Below, in pieces: positions 1-13,334 of a stretch of 64,000 nt of DNA. Within the stretch, counting starts at the first letter, position 1. Each line of letters opens with the position of its first letter. Both the position numbers and the translations under genes were made by a program. The notes under the pieces were generated by a model. That model ran no database searches, was not told the DNA's origin, and saw nothing but the letters and a program-made list of their open reading frames with translations. Where the stretch lies: contig CM060733.1 in NCBI GenBank assembly GCA_030704615.1, positions 46,066,001-46,130,000 of the forward strand, written 5' to 3'. Source of the DNA: Takakia lepidozioides. Its lineage: Eukaryota > Plantae > Bryophyta.

Positions 1-38
1 ACTATTTTGCCCACTATGGCAGTCACTAGTCCACACAA

Positions 39-534
39 TGATAAAGAAGAAGAATACAAGCACGAGCTTACAAATCTGAAGCATAAACTCATGCATATAT
101 AACCTCATCACTCAAATACAAGTCAAGCCAAGTGCACCCCACGCCATGGGGAATCCACACTACGGCGCCATAGCTAGGCGCGGTGAGGCTCAACTCGAGA
201 AAGATGAGCCTTCCGCGCTTGCCGTGAAAATAACCACTCCAAGGCCTAAATCTGCCTTGACCCCTGGATTGACACTTGGGCCAATCCCAAATGTCAATAT
301 GTAAAAGCTAGCTATTTCCTAGCTAGTTTCACACTAGTGGTAAAATAACTTGACAGCTGTCGTGCGCATACATATCGCTACACAACTACATCGCTGTCCA
401 AAACCACACAACACATGTGCACACCACACACTAGTATACCACTAGTCCAGCCACTAGTCCAACCACTAGGCTACAACTAGTCAGTCACTAGGCTGCCACT
501 ATGCTGCCCACTATGGCAGTCACTAGTCCACACA
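39..534 (-). repeat. 3' LTR of the PHD-finger Ty3/gypsy element (~496 bp, TG...CA)
   Basis: On the minus strand, TGTGTGGACTAGTG starts at 534 right after a G-rich PPT (GGGGGGCGAT, 535-544) downstream of pol. It ends ...CTTTATCA at 39. The same start sequence recurs at 37. Confidence 0.65.
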
Positions 535-794
535 ATCGCCCCCCAGCTGGTGCTTAGGTCCCTCTAAGTCCAGGTAGCCACAAGATGTGATAGTGACCAT
601 AGCCTCACTAAGTCCTCCACCACTATCCCTACTACACTCAAACTCGATAGATCAAGAGGCCGAGTGCAAGAGTTGCCCCATCGTTAGTCGCCGTCTTGCA
701 ACCTGTGAACTTGAGCTTGGGATCTCATGTATTGACTCCTATGAGCTTGGCCTCCCATGTCTTGTTAGCTGCCTCCAGTCATGTCCACTGCCAC

Positions 795-935
795 TATCCC
801 AAGCAGTGTGGACACAACCAATCTCCATCAGGAACCTTCTCAAGAGGTGGTGTCAAGCATCCATATGCCAACCCCTTGAGCATCGATCACACACCAGCAT
901 GGTGGCTGCCCCTTTGGCAGACCCACAGAGCATGC
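795..935 (-). other. PHD finger at the integrase C-terminus
   Basis: CMLCGSAKGAATMLVCDRCSRGWH, then after a frameshift CLTPPLEKVPDGDWLCPHC: the C4HC3 PHD pattern with the conserved W. Confidence 0.85.
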
Positions 936-3685
936 ACCTCAAACCTGCAGGTACCACTGCCAAGTTTGGGTCAACTCTGCCATCGACATTGGGAAGGTGA
1001 CATGGCGCACAATTACGCACATGGTCCTTCCAAGTCATGCCATCCCGACCCTCTAAGATCAGGACCCCTGAGGGCAACACCTCTCGAACCCTCAGAATAA
1101 CACGCCCTGCAGTAACATCCAGAGTCGTAGGAGCAGTCTGCTGCAAATAAACATAGTCACCAGGGCTAAACCTCCGAACCCCAGGACAATATCCTCCTCC
1201 ACGTATAGTGGCATACCTCAACGTATCACGGTGCTGTGCAATGGCAAGGTTCTCAAAAGCCATGGGCATGACTTTCTTGAACAACTCTGCACGCTTATCA
1301 CATGCACATACCCACACGTCCGGATCGTCAAGGTTAAGGACTTGAGCAGTGTCCCTACGAATGGTTGCAGGCAAATCCGGCTCTTGGCCAAAGAGAAAGA
1401 AATATGGTGAGAGAAGGAGGCAAGTGATGCTTGTTTGCTGAACCTGTGGCCCATGGCTAACCAAGGAACCTGAAGATCCCAATCTCCTAGGTGTCCCTTC
1501 TGCAAGCCATACTTGCGCAAACCCCTCTTCACCGTCTGAACAACTCTCTCTGCTAAGCCATCGGCCTCAGGATGATCCCGAGAAGTGGTGCGGTGGTCTA
1601 TCAAGGCTTTATCACACAAAGCCTGAAACTCCCCCAAGAACTCTCTCCCTTGGTCCGTGAATACCTCAGCTGGAGCACCAAATCGGCTAAGCACACGATC
1701 CAAGAATGCATACGCAGCCCCCCTCACTAGCCTTATCAGGCAATGGAACAACTCAATCCACTTGGAGAAGTGCTCCACCATCACCAAACACATATCTGTG
1801 GTGGCGCATAGTCAGTGGCAACGGTCCTGCGAAGTCAAGACTCCACCTGTAGCCCAATCCCATGATTGGTAAATGATGCAACTGTGGAGTAGGGGCGTTG
1901 AATGAAGCAAGCACCTGTCACACACCATGCACCTAGCCACGAACTGTTGCACCTCTGTATGCATACCACGCCACCAATACTGCCCTTGCAGTAAACTGTG
2001 AGTGCGTCGTACTCCAAATGCCCCAACTCCTCATGGCATGCCGCACTAACCGTGCACGCTGTGTGGGGTGAGGCACAATCCTCACCCGACCATCCTCCCA
2101 CACTCGAAGTAGGTGTATCCCCCTCCCACTTGAACCTCTTGGTTCGTTGCAGGATCCGATCCCTCTCCCTGGCAGTCATAGTGGCTGTCGTGTCTCCCGT
2201 GCGGAGGTAGTCCAACACAGCCGAATCCTCATGTATATCTCTGGCACCACCTGGCTCATCACTAGCCTTAGGGTCCTCAGACACTCCGTCTATAGTCATC
2301 CCTGTTGTAGGTCCAACCTGACCTCCCGATGCCAAGATACACAAAAATGCAGATGCGTGCCATCCCGGCACCATCTCCTCGTCCGTCTCACCATGCCACC
2401 GAGCTCTTGTGTCATCCTGCTGGCTCATGCATGGATTGCGACTCAATCCATCCGCATCCCGATTGACCAAACCTGGTCGATGCACAACCTGAAAGTCATA
2501 CTCCTGGAGTATGAGTGCCCACCGTGCAAGCTTCCCCGTAAGCTTGTCTGACTCCATCAACCACTTGAGTGGCTGGTGATCCGTGACAAGGGTGAAAAGA
2601 TTGTCGTATAGATAGCACCTGAAGTGTGCCACGGCCCACACTGCAGCTAAGCGCTCTCCCTCATATAAGCTGTACTTAGCCTCTACAGCGTTGTTCGAGC
2701 GGCTAGCATAAGCCACTACGAACTCTCTTCCCCTCAATCCACCTGTGTGAGCACCGCTCCAAGCCCCAACATGCTCCAATCCGTATGCAGCTAAAAGGGA
2801 CGCCCCCTGATAGGTCGTCTCAGGATAGGCGCCGAGGTCAACCTCGCCTTGAGCTCTTGAAAAGCTCGTTCCTGCTCATCTTCCCACTGCCACTCCTGGT
2901 CCACCTTGGTCAGCTTGGTTAGAGCCTTTGCAATGGTACTAAATCCCTTGACAAACGTCTATAATAGTTTGCCAACCCATGAAAGCTCGAACTCGGCTCA
3001 CATCCGTGGGGCGTGGAGTGGAGTTTGTGCAAATGGCCTCTACCTTAGTCTGCTGTACCCCCAATCCTCCAGGATATATCATGTGACCCAGATACTCAAT
3101 CTGGTTGTGGAAAAACTTGCACTTCCCCGGATGCAACTTCAATCCGTGCGCTCTCAAGCGCTCCAATACCACCTGCTCATGCTCCTCCATCGTAACACTA
3201 AAGATGATGATGTCATCTATGTAGCACCGAGCAAAGTCCACCCCTGCCAAAATCCTATCCATGACTCTCTGAAACTCTGCAGGAGCATTCTTAAGCCCAA
3301 ATGGTAAGAACCGCCACTGATATAGGCAATCCTTGCCGTGCTCATTGATCCCCCAGAATGCCGTCTTCTGCTTGTCCGCCTCCTTCATTGGGAACTGGTG
3401 ATATCCGGATCGTAAATCCAAAGTGCTAAAGGCCTTAGCATGCCCTGGCATCAAAGATCTCCTCTGGTGTTGGCATGGCATACTTATCGGACTTGGTCTG
3501 ACGATTTACAGGCCGGTAATCACCGCACATACGTCTCTCCGTCTTATTGCCATAGACATCCTTCCTGGCTGGCATCACTGTGGCTGAAGCATACTCTCCA
3601 CCAGAGAGCTCCACCAAGCCTGCCTCCCAGAGATCTTGAGTCCTCATCTGAATCAAAGACCTCTCCATGTCACTGTATCTATAGG

Positions 3686-4412
3686 GTCAGCACGGCTTGT
3701 CACAGCCCCTCACAGCCCGTCACAGCCCCACAGGCCACTGGGCACAGCCTGTCACAGCCCCTCACAGCCCATCACAGCTCGCCACAACCCCTCATAGCCC
3801 CAAAGGCCTCAGGCACGGCCTGACACAACCCCTCACAGCCCCTCACAGCCCAAAGGCCTCAGGTATGGCCTGTCACAGCCCCTCACAGCCCGTCACAGCC
3901 CCAAAGGCCTCAAGCACGGCCTGTCACAGCCCCAAAGGCCACGGGCACAGCCTGTCACAGCCCCTCACAGCCCCACAGGCCTCAGGCACGGCCTGACACA
4001 GCCCGTCACAGCCCCAAAGGCCTCAGGCACGGCCTGTCAAAGCCCTCACAGCCCATCACAGCCCTAAAGGCCCGGGCACAGCCTATCACAGCCCAAAAGG
4101 CCACCGGCACAGCCCTCACAGCCCGTCACGACCCCGAAGGCCACCGGCGCAGCCCGGCATAGCCCCTCGCAGCCCTGAAGGCCACCGGCACAGCCCCTCA
4201 CAGCCCATCACAGCCCCGAAGGCCATGGGCACAGCCTGTTGTCAGCCCCTCACAACCCTCACAGCCCCACGGCCACTGGGCACAGCCTGTCACAGCCCGT
4301 CACAGCTCACCACAGCCGCCTCACAGCCCCAAAGGCCTCAGGCACGGCCTGTCACAGCCCCTCACAGCCCGTCACAGCCCCCAAGGCCACAGGGACAGCC
4401 CATCGCAGCCCC
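3686..4412. repeat. Degenerate tandem array built on CACAGCCC (~10-bp subunits in ~45-55-bp higher-order units)
   Basis: Dozens of copies of (C/G)TCACAGCCC and CCCCAAAGGCCTCAGGCACGGCCTGT. The same core occurs in the LTRs and post-pol spacer of gypsy A/B. Confidence 0.9.
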
Positions 4413-5819
4413 ATCCATGGCCGCTCTGGCAGTTTAGCCATTTCTCCAAGGGGTTTAGCCACGCCAAGCTAGGGTTTGTGTCTCTTGGACTCTAGGCTTC
4501 TTTCCACCGAGCTATGGCGGCTGTGAGGAAATCAGCAAGGTATTCTTGCTCTTTCGGCTCACCACACACCAACATAGTAGCCCTAAGCCATGAGGTGGTT
4601 GCCACAAACCAAGCCTTCTTTCTCACTTAGCCTCCCAAAAACACGCCACTAAACTCAATGGCAAACAACCAAGCCCGCTGGTTCCCAGCCCTTGTGAGAC
4701 GCACTTTCAAGCACTCTCCTTGGCCATAGCATCTATCTTAGAGCCATTCCAGCACCCTACCCATGACTGCTGCTTTAAGAGTTGCGCTCCCTTCAAGCTT
4801 GAAGTTGAAACCCCAACTCACATAGGCCCTACAAGTGCTTTTGTTTCACTCCAAGTGGAAACCAGCTCTAATAGACCTCCGTTCTAGCTCTCTAAAGCTT
4901 GAAAACAAGAGCCTCAATGGGCGAAGGCATGCTCCACACATGCCCCACTCTCACCATAAGAGAATCAGCTCCTTTGCTTCATTTCTAGCACCCACAAACC
5001 TGAAAATACAAGCTTCAGCAGACTGAAAGCATGCTCCACATGCCCTACAAGGAAACCAGCCCTTCCTTCATTTCTTGCACTCCCACACCTGAAAGTGCAA
5101 GCCTACCAGGCTGATAGCATGCTCCACACTGCATTGCCCTCACATAAGGGAAGTCAGCCCTTCCCTCTTCCTTGCTTGCCCTCCAAGCTGAAGATGGAAG
5201 CTTCAATGAGCTGAATACATGCTCCACACATGCAACCTCTTCACACAAGAGATATCAGCCCCCTATCTTGGCTCCTTGGCTCCTTGATGCTCTCTAAGAC
5301 AAGACTAAGCACTCCACAGCCTTTGCCAAGCTCCTGAAACCCTAAGGCTTACATTCCAGCCACAAGACACTTTCTCTTGTGGTGCAAGAGCTCTTCTTCC
5401 AAGCTCTGAAACCCTAGGTGCACATTCCATGGCCTTGCCGCACCTCTTAGCTCCTGTTCCAGCCCTGCTCTTGCCATGACAAGAGCCCTTTCAATGCTGA
5501 AGCTTGAGATTGAAACCCAATCTCACCATACTCCACAAAGTGCACTGATTTGCCCAAGCCAAATCACCCTTTTGCTTGGTCTTGCAATCCTTCACACAAT
5601 GAAAGCTCGCATTCCCAAGTCCAGTTCTCAGCTTTGCCACCAAAGCAACTATAACCTGCTCTTGACTGGTCCTCTTCCCAATCGTGCTTGCTCATGCATG
5701 TACACAATCTGAAACAATCAAGGTGCTCTGCAATGCACGCTACTCTCCTCGCCTTGCGCAAAAAATTGGCTCTGTCCTTGCCAGTCAAATGTTGCGCATC
5801 TGGAGTCATATTGGAATCA

Positions 5820-7628
5820 CGGGCCTCCTCTCCTCCCTCATAACCTGCAACATGGGGCCCTTCGGGCGGACATGAACCCTGCCACGCACCAACGTGGGGT
5901 GTGGGGTGGGCAGGAACAGGAACATAACCTATGCTCGGAGCTGGTGAGCTTGGGAATTGAAGAGGCCGCGAAGCGTTGCAATTGGGTGAAGCTATGGGCT
6001 ACCTGGAATAAGGGCGATGCAACGGCGCACTATACATGGGGCTTCTGGGATACGTTGCCTGGGGAGGATGCGCAGGTGGGGGAGGGTTGGGGTGAGGGTA
6101 CCACACACCTTCGTGGTAGTGCCCATGCTGAACAGGAGCATGTTGTGCTTCCCCAGTTTGCGGAAATGCCCCACACGGAACTGCACATGACCGGTTCTCC
6201 CCTGATGGGCTGTTTGCATTGTACGACTGAGAAAAGGGCGGGTGAATTTCAGGGGCGGCTGGAACATGAGCAGTCTGTTGTTCATACTGTGCATACCTCT
6301 AAATGCCAGGGGATTAAAAACACACCAGTGTTACGTGGAAAGGAGGGAGGGCCTCCTCCATCCGGGTTGGTTGGTTGAAGACGTGGGGAGGGATGGTTGA
6401 AGACACCTGCCGGAGCAACTCCCTTCTTCTTTCTCACTGGATCCTGCAAATCAACATGTGGGAAAGAGTTATGTAGGAAGATAAAGCATGAACATCATGT
6501 AGGATACATCAACAAAAAACGCACTCTATTAATATACATACACTGAATGCAGCAGAAATCGCACCCAAAATGCATTTAGGTCTGATCCATGGAACACGCC
6601 AAACGTCAATTGGAAAGCTCCTTGTATGTTTTGACCCTCTTTTGGGGGTTCTTGGGGGATCCTTGTAGGCACAATTTGGCCCCGATGACCATCGTACATA
6701 TCAATGAGAGTACAATATGATAATGGCGATAATGGCTTCACATATTATCAACATTGACAATAGAGGGGGCAGGAAGATGGGGGGAGGAAGAGTCGTGAGC
6801 GCCCCCTCTCGGACATGGCTGGCTGATGAGGCGGTTGGTTCATCGTGCTCCTGGGGGTCCTCCTCTCCCACTACAATTTCTTTCTTGTTGCAACATGACA
6901 CCACAATATGCAGCCCCCTACCTGTGCAGGTCCCTCCCTCTCCCACAACCCCCTTTGCGCTTTTTGGGTATTAAGACAGGCCATCACAAGTTTGAACCTC
7001 CTGTGAGGGAGTCAGCAATCTGCAGAGTTGCATTTCTCATTGCACAAAATGGAAAATGTATAGAAGACTTTAATAACAGATTTGGGTTCCAAGGAATAGC
7101 AGTAGATAAACCCTTGTATCATGAGGTATAGAGGGCAAGAAAGTGGTGCTTCATCCTGCTAGTGGAAAATGGAAAAAAAAACGCGGGACCAAAGGAAAAA
7201 CAAATAAGAAGATGCAAATCCTGCCACAAACCTAAGAAATCAGTACAGCAAATGCCCACTTACCTCTTGTGGAAGAGGAGCTGGGCGTTTTGGTGCCCTC
7301 GGAGCATGCGTTGCATGGGAGGCTCAGTCAGTCCACATGCACCACTGATGTAGTTCTCCAAATCTGATACTTGTCCACATCATCTCCATCCTCGTCCTCC
7401 TCTATGTCCCTCGTGCATTTCCTCCTCCGAATCGTCGTCGTCATCTATGTTGTAATCCTCATCGAGCTCCTGATCACGCTCGTCGAGTTCCTCTGCCTCA
7501 GAGCCCACCAACTGGGGAGTCTCGGGCTCTTCCTCCGCCATCGAAGGTAATGCTAGTTCTTTCAAGCACCCACTTCGTCGAGGAGGCACGTTCCACACAA
7601 CTTTGGAGCTCCTAGCGGCCGTGTACAC
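5820..7628 (-). pseudogene. Intron-containing degenerate gene, divergent from the CACTA transposase (acidic N-terminus, Pro/His/Gln-rich C-terminus); possibly the CACTA second ORF
   Basis: Acidic ORF MAEEEPE...DDDDDSEEE. Minus-strand splice sites: donor AG|GTAAGT ~7262, acceptor TGCAG|ATTG ~7020, donor CAG|GTAGGG ~6922, acceptor TGTAG|TGGG ~6871, acceptor TTTGCAG|GATCC ~6444. Last exon is low-complexity with stops. Confidence 0.45.
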
Positions 7629-7799
7629 TCCTAGCTAGCTGCGCACACATTTCCAAAACCTGTGTGTGAATCTTGCCCTAAACAAAAGGCGATCGTGAAA
7701 GTTGCCATCACCATGAACCTATGGGAGGGAAAAGCAGTAGGCTAATGTGGTGGGGAAACCCCTACTCACTACCTGGTAGCATGCATACTAAGGACAAGG

Positions 7800-10700
7800 G
7801 TGATCTGCTCACCTGCGCGCAACGCTTCTAATGTTCAGCTGAGATTTGCAGTTGCAGATAATGTGCAAAGCACCATTAATGAGGATGAAGGGCTTGGAGA
7901 AGACGAGCGCCATCATGATGGACAAAGTCATGGGGATGGGGATGACGGTGCTGCTTTCCAATTTCAGCATCAAGCAACCACACCTCTGTATGTTGGCTGC
8001 CCACACCAGCTGCTTGAGTGCGACGTTGCTTTTGCTCAATGTTAGTGCTACTCATGGTGTCACAACGCAGCGATGGATGAGCTCTGAAACTTTTTCACGG
8101 ACATCTATTGCCTAAAGGGAACTTTTTGCCCAAATCTCATTACGAAGTGAAGAAACTTATAACAAAAGCTGGGCTTAATTACGATAGCATCCATGCTTGT
8201 GAGAAGGGATGTGTGCTATATAGGGGAGATCTGCAGGATGCACCATCTTGCCCTAAATGTGGGGCGCCTCGGTACATCCCTGGCATGAAGACGTTGGTTC
8301 CACAGAAGGTCTTGCAGCATTTCCCCTTGATTCCCCGACTGCAGCGCATGTACAAGTGCAAGGAGATATCTAAGCTTATGGTGTGGCACATGGAGAACCA
8401 AAGTCAAGATGGGAAGATGAGACACCCGCCTGACAGCCTTGCATGGAAATACATTGACGACATGTCCTGCTTTTGCAGCTGAACCTCGCAACTTGCGACT
8501 AGGTCAGGCATGGGATGGTATCAATCCCTTTGGTGATAAATCATCAAAAAATGGTCTACGTGGCCAGTCTTGCTCATGAACTACAACCTTCCTCCTTGGC
8601 TGAGCACAAAGCCTTTTTTTATGATGTTGACACTCTTAATTCCAAGGCCGACATCTGTGAAGAAGTCCAATGCGGATGTGTTCTTGCAGCCTCTGGTGGA
8701 TGAGCTGACCATGTTGTGGGAAGGTGTTAGGGCTAATGATGCATCTGGCAATGAAGGATCAAGGACCTTTGTCATGAGAGCCATTCTGATGTGGTCAGTA
8801 CATGACTATCCTGCATATGCCATGCTAGCAGGGTGTGCAGTTGGGGGCTACAAGGCTTGTCCCGTGTGCGGGCCCAATCTTGATGCCAGGCACTCCAGTG
8901 CACTGAGCAAAATGGTGTACCAAGGGCACAGAAAATTCTTACCAGCAGGCCATCCATATAGACGCAATCGCAACCACTTCAATGGAGCCTCCGATCACAG
9001 ACCACCCCCCCCCCCCAAGTATCCACTGTGGATCAGCTCCAAAATGCGGAGGAAAACGAGAGGTTCATGGAAACATTTGGCAGCCGTCGCCGGAATGTGT
9101 GCCCTGCCAAATCCCATTGCATGAAGCGAAGGTCGATCCTTTGGAACCTGCCATATTGGAAGGTGGGTATGTCTTCATTGTTTGTTTGTCGGCAGGGCTG
9201 ATTTCATAGTTGCATGGATACAGTTGTAAGGATCATCACACACGACTTAGATTTCAGCCTAATGCAAATTGTATGAAGCAAGTTTGGAGTCGCCTATGTA
9301 TGGCACATGTAGCAGCAATATGGTTGTTTCCATGAAAATGTCTGGCTTTTGTCTCTCTGGATACTGTCTGCAGCATGCAAGGCTGGTTTCTTCCTTTTCC
9401 CATTATTAAGATGTCATCTCTTGGCTTTACCATCAAAGTATACCATATTGATGGTGGTTCCATGATTGTAGGATTTGTTGATACGATATACCCTTGATGT
9501 TATGCACTGTGAAAAAAACATTTCTGAAAACATATTGCGCACCATATTGGGGGAAAAGGACACAGTAAAGAGCAGGAAGGACATGGAGAATGAGGGCATA
9601 CGACCTCACTTATGGTTAAAACCCCACCCCGGAGATGGCAGGAAGTTGGTGAAGCCGCAGGCTCCTTACGTGTTGAATCGACAGGAAACTACTACCTTCT
9701 ATGCAACTTTGGGTGCTCTAAAGACACCGATAGGGTATGGTGCTTCATTTAAGAAGCATATTGCTAAGAACAAGCTTTCACACATGAAGAGTCATGACTA
9801 CCATCTACTGATGCAACAAGTTCTACCTTTGTGCATTCGAGGTTTGCTGGGCAAAGATCCAAGGCTCGCAATCATGAAGCTATCTCGTGTATTTCGCGCA
9901 TTGTGCATGAAAACAGTGGATCCCGAGGAACTACCAGCCCTGAAGGAGGATGTGGTTGTAACGCTTTGTTTGTTGGAGAAAGAGTTTCCCCCTCATTCTT
10001 CGATCTCATGACCCACCTTGTGCTACACCTTGTGAATGAATTGGAGGTTTGTGGTCCCGTTAGTTCGCGTTGGATGTACCCCATCAAGAGGTACATGAAA
10101 AATTTGAAGGGATATGTGAAGAGCTATGCCCGGCCAGAAGGTTGCATGGCCAAGAGGTATTCTCTTGATGAGGCTCTTGGCCTCCTCACAGAGTACATGG
10201 CTGCATTTCCAGGAACTCGTAGAAGAGTCTGGGATTGCAACAAAGAAGAAAGTGTTGCGGGAGAAGTATTAGAGGGCTTTGGAACTCCAAGGAAACTGTC
10301 GGCTGAGCTTCGGGCTAGTGCACATGACTATGTGCTTCACAACACGGCGTGCATGAGACCGTTTCTGAGGTAAGTATACATCATTTATTTGGCTTCACAT
10401 GCTAACTTTGGGGGCCATTTCCGGACACAAAATTGGCGCATTCTCAATTTTCACTCAGCCTCTTTGTACATACTATGGTCCTGACTAAGTGTGAATTGAG
10501 TATGACCAGACTTTATGATTATTGAGAAGGCCACCATAGAATCAGCCAGAGCCGAATTTCGAGCCACATACACCACCCAAGGGAGAAATGCACACCAACG
10601 CACCGTTCCATACCCCGAAAACATGTTGCCTTTGCCTGCTTTTCATATGTGGATACAGTCGGCAGTACAAAATGTTGTTTCAAGAGGAGCAGCGTATGAT

Positions 10701-11440
10701 GCAAATATTCGTCATCTGTGTAAGCCACCAGGGTTTGTTGCTCGTTCATTTCGGTCTATGTGGGCATACGGAAATCACTACAGAGTGGTGGAAACAGGTG
10801 TGGTTGATTACCATGTCACATTTGACTCTGGGGTTGCACAATTTTTTGCCGAAGAGTCAACGGGAAGGGGTGTGGATGGTAACCCTGTCATGAACCAGCT
10901 GCATTATGTTGGTGTTGTTCGTGAAATTTTACAGCTTCAGTATGGTGCTGTCACTCTTGTAGTATTCATATGTGAATGGGTCAGAGCAAGCTTGACAGGT
11001 CGCAACCGCACCATGAAGAAGGATGAGTATGGTTTCCTACTCGTGGACTTCGATCACATGTTGCCACCTGGAGATGAACCATTCACATTTCCATGGCTAG
11101 TCGAGCAAGTTTTTTTTTGCAGATGAGCCCTCCAACGCTGGTAACTGGAAAGTAGTACTTCGGAAGGAGCCGCGCTCACGGCGCGTGGTACATGATGTCA
11201 CTTGGGTGAGAATGAGTCATGCGTAAGGATGCAAGTGGCGGAGGCATTGGAGGATGTGAATCCCAACACATAATTTGGACCTTCAACGACCCTTACCGAA
11301 GCTGAGATGGCTACTATTGCTATGATGAGGCCCCCACGAAGGGACGAACCATGGCACCGAGATAGTGAGGATTGCAACACTGACCATGAGTGTAGTGAAA
11401 GTAGTAGCGATGAAGATGACTACATCTCGCAAAAGGACAA
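7800..11440 (+). mobile_element. CACTA (En/Spm) TnpD/Tnp2-type transposase pseudogene with introns
   Basis: Transposase_21 motifs IHACEKGCVLY, HPPDSLAWK, YNLPPWL, LQPLVDEL, DYPAYAMLAG, KRRSILWNLPYWK, LDVMHCEKN, MKSHDYH. DUF4218-like SFFDLMTHLVLHL...RWMYP and DUF4216-like DEPF...EQVFF. Introns 9163-9471 and 10370-~10509. Frameshifted; TIRs not located. Confidence 0.92.
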
Positions 11441-11710
11441 TAGCGTCATGTTGACATTTTAACTGACACACTGAGTGACATTTTCAGTTCCAAATCACTG
11501 GACACCTTGTGCTTCAGCCACTGGCCTGGTAAAATGACATATGCATTATATGACATTTTGAGTGGCACACTGAGGCGCATTTTGAGTCCCAAATCAACGG
11601 ACATCCTGTGTTGCAGCATCCACTTGTTGCGGTTATTTTCCCTGTGAATGTAGCAGCGAGGAAGATGATTCCTGGTAAAAGGGCAGTAGCGTCATGTTGG
11701 CATTTTGGGT
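11430..11710. repeat. Short imperfect direct repeats downstream of the CACTA transposase
   Basis: TGACATTTT...CACACTGAG...CCAAATCA..GGACA occurs twice (~11450 and ~11550). AAAAGG.CA.TAGCGTCATGTTG occurs at ~11431 and ~11677. Confidence 0.55.
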
Positions 11711-13334
11711 TGCTTCAGTTGTTACTCCACCTCTCTACTATCTCCCCCCCTGCCCACATCCATGCCTTACTTACTCTCTAGCTACGAACTGAATTCTGAT
11801 GCCTCTGCTCCTCCCTCCCCCTCTCTATTTTCCCTGTGTTCAGATTGTGGGGGTTGGGTGCAATGTGTTGGGGATGTACTTCTTTATAATGTTTGTTTTG
11901 GTTTGGTGCAGTCGGGGGACAATCTGCACAACAAGTCACATGTTGGATCTGATGGGCATTGCAACTGTGGATGCTGAACCCTCACTGTGACAGGGATGAG
12001 GTTTCTATCATTGCTCAATTTAGAGGCAATGTGATGGTGGAGGAGAATGTTCATGAATCACAAGAAGGTATGTGGCACCTCGTAACCCATGAATTCATAA
12101 TCATGGAGATTCCAGATTCATATATAGCCAAAGTTGATCTTTTGCTTTGTGATTTCTCTCTGTTTCTCATGTTTGTGAGATTCGGTGCTTCATCCCTCTG
12201 CATGTACCACCCCGCTTTGTCATGATTGCGAGTTGGAATTGTAGAGATGACCTTTCTTTGAAAAACATACATAGTTTGTATGGGGGGCTTGAGGTGAGCA
12301 ATCCAAAGACCATTATGTGTTACAGACACCAATTACCAGTCCACATTATGGGTGTGTACTTTGCATGGATTTGCAACCCCCCACATTATTTGGTCCTTCC
12401 GAAAATAAAACTCTTTCTTGCTAGAGCTGGAAGCTCATGGGCGCTATGCCTTCAACCATCCAGATGTGCTGTTATTTGTTCTGAATGTGGACATCACCAC
12501 ATGTGCACTTGTAATTTTACCGCCCATTACCAAGTTGTTGCACCACACATGAAACAAAAGTATTACAGATTCATAAGCAGTATGGTTGAAAGGTCTGAGA
12601 AGTAGATAACAAGAGGCAAGCTGAACGTCGTACAAGGGACACTCAGTTTTTGACAGGAGAGGCCAGTTAAGTACATAAACTAGAGGCAAAACCCAAAAGG
12701 ATAATGTACGCAGGCTGAAATGTGGATAGTCTCTGCATTGCTACTGCTTCACCCCCAAACCATCACACCGTCACAAGTACCAACGCTGAAAACTGAAGCA
12801 AAAACGTCATGCATGAGACGATTGCGGGAAGCTACAGTGCATGAATCTACATTGCAGTGTATGTCAATGACACTATGTATATCCTCGCTCACCTCGATCC
12901 ATGATCACCATGACATCGTGCTCATCCGAGAGGGCATGGAAGGCCAGTCAATGTGTACCACAGGGAGTAATCGTGGAGCAACGGGTACTTCTTGCCAGCA
13001 GATCGGAGCCTCTTATTGCAATTTGCAAGGCACCAAAAGTAGGCCACAGGCTCCTTCTTGTGTATGTTCCCATTTCTTGTGTTTTTTGTTAATTGTATGT
13101 TCCCATTTCACACAGGTGTGTAACATGCCATGTAAACTAAGCCAACCCCTGCCACGCTCATGGCTGTTTTCACACCGTTCTTGCCTGGGGTGTGGACCAC
13201 ATGTGAGACACCCCACAGTTAGGGCATATTTAGACCCACACCTTGGCTTAGTGTACAGACCCAAGATAAAAGCCGTGGAATGTGCTAGGTGTGAGATGGT
13301 AGAGCCGTGGAAAAAGCCGTTTTTTCTTCTAGTG

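Larger units (their letters stand above)
39..3670 (-). mobile_element. Decayed, 5'-truncated Ty3/gypsy LTR retrotransposon (RT-RNaseH-INT-PHD)
   Basis: RT motifs RMCGDYRPVN, LDLRSGYHQ, PFGLKNAPA, YIDD (2939-3668). RNase H VAYASR/TDHQPL (~2450-2780). Integrase CHEELGH, EHFSKW, TDQGREF, DGLAER (1218-2050). Order RT-RH-INT is gypsy. Many frameshifts. Confidence 0.93.

Noticed and set aside
3686-4412. CRISPR-like array or Pro/Ser/Thr-rich protein ORFs
   Set aside because: Degenerate tandem repeats with no unique spacers, in a eukaryotic context. The ORFs are by-products of the repeat.
4400-12700. CACTA terminal inverted repeats
   Set aside because: No convincing CACT(A/G)...(T/C)AGTG pair with a 3-bp TSD was found by eye.
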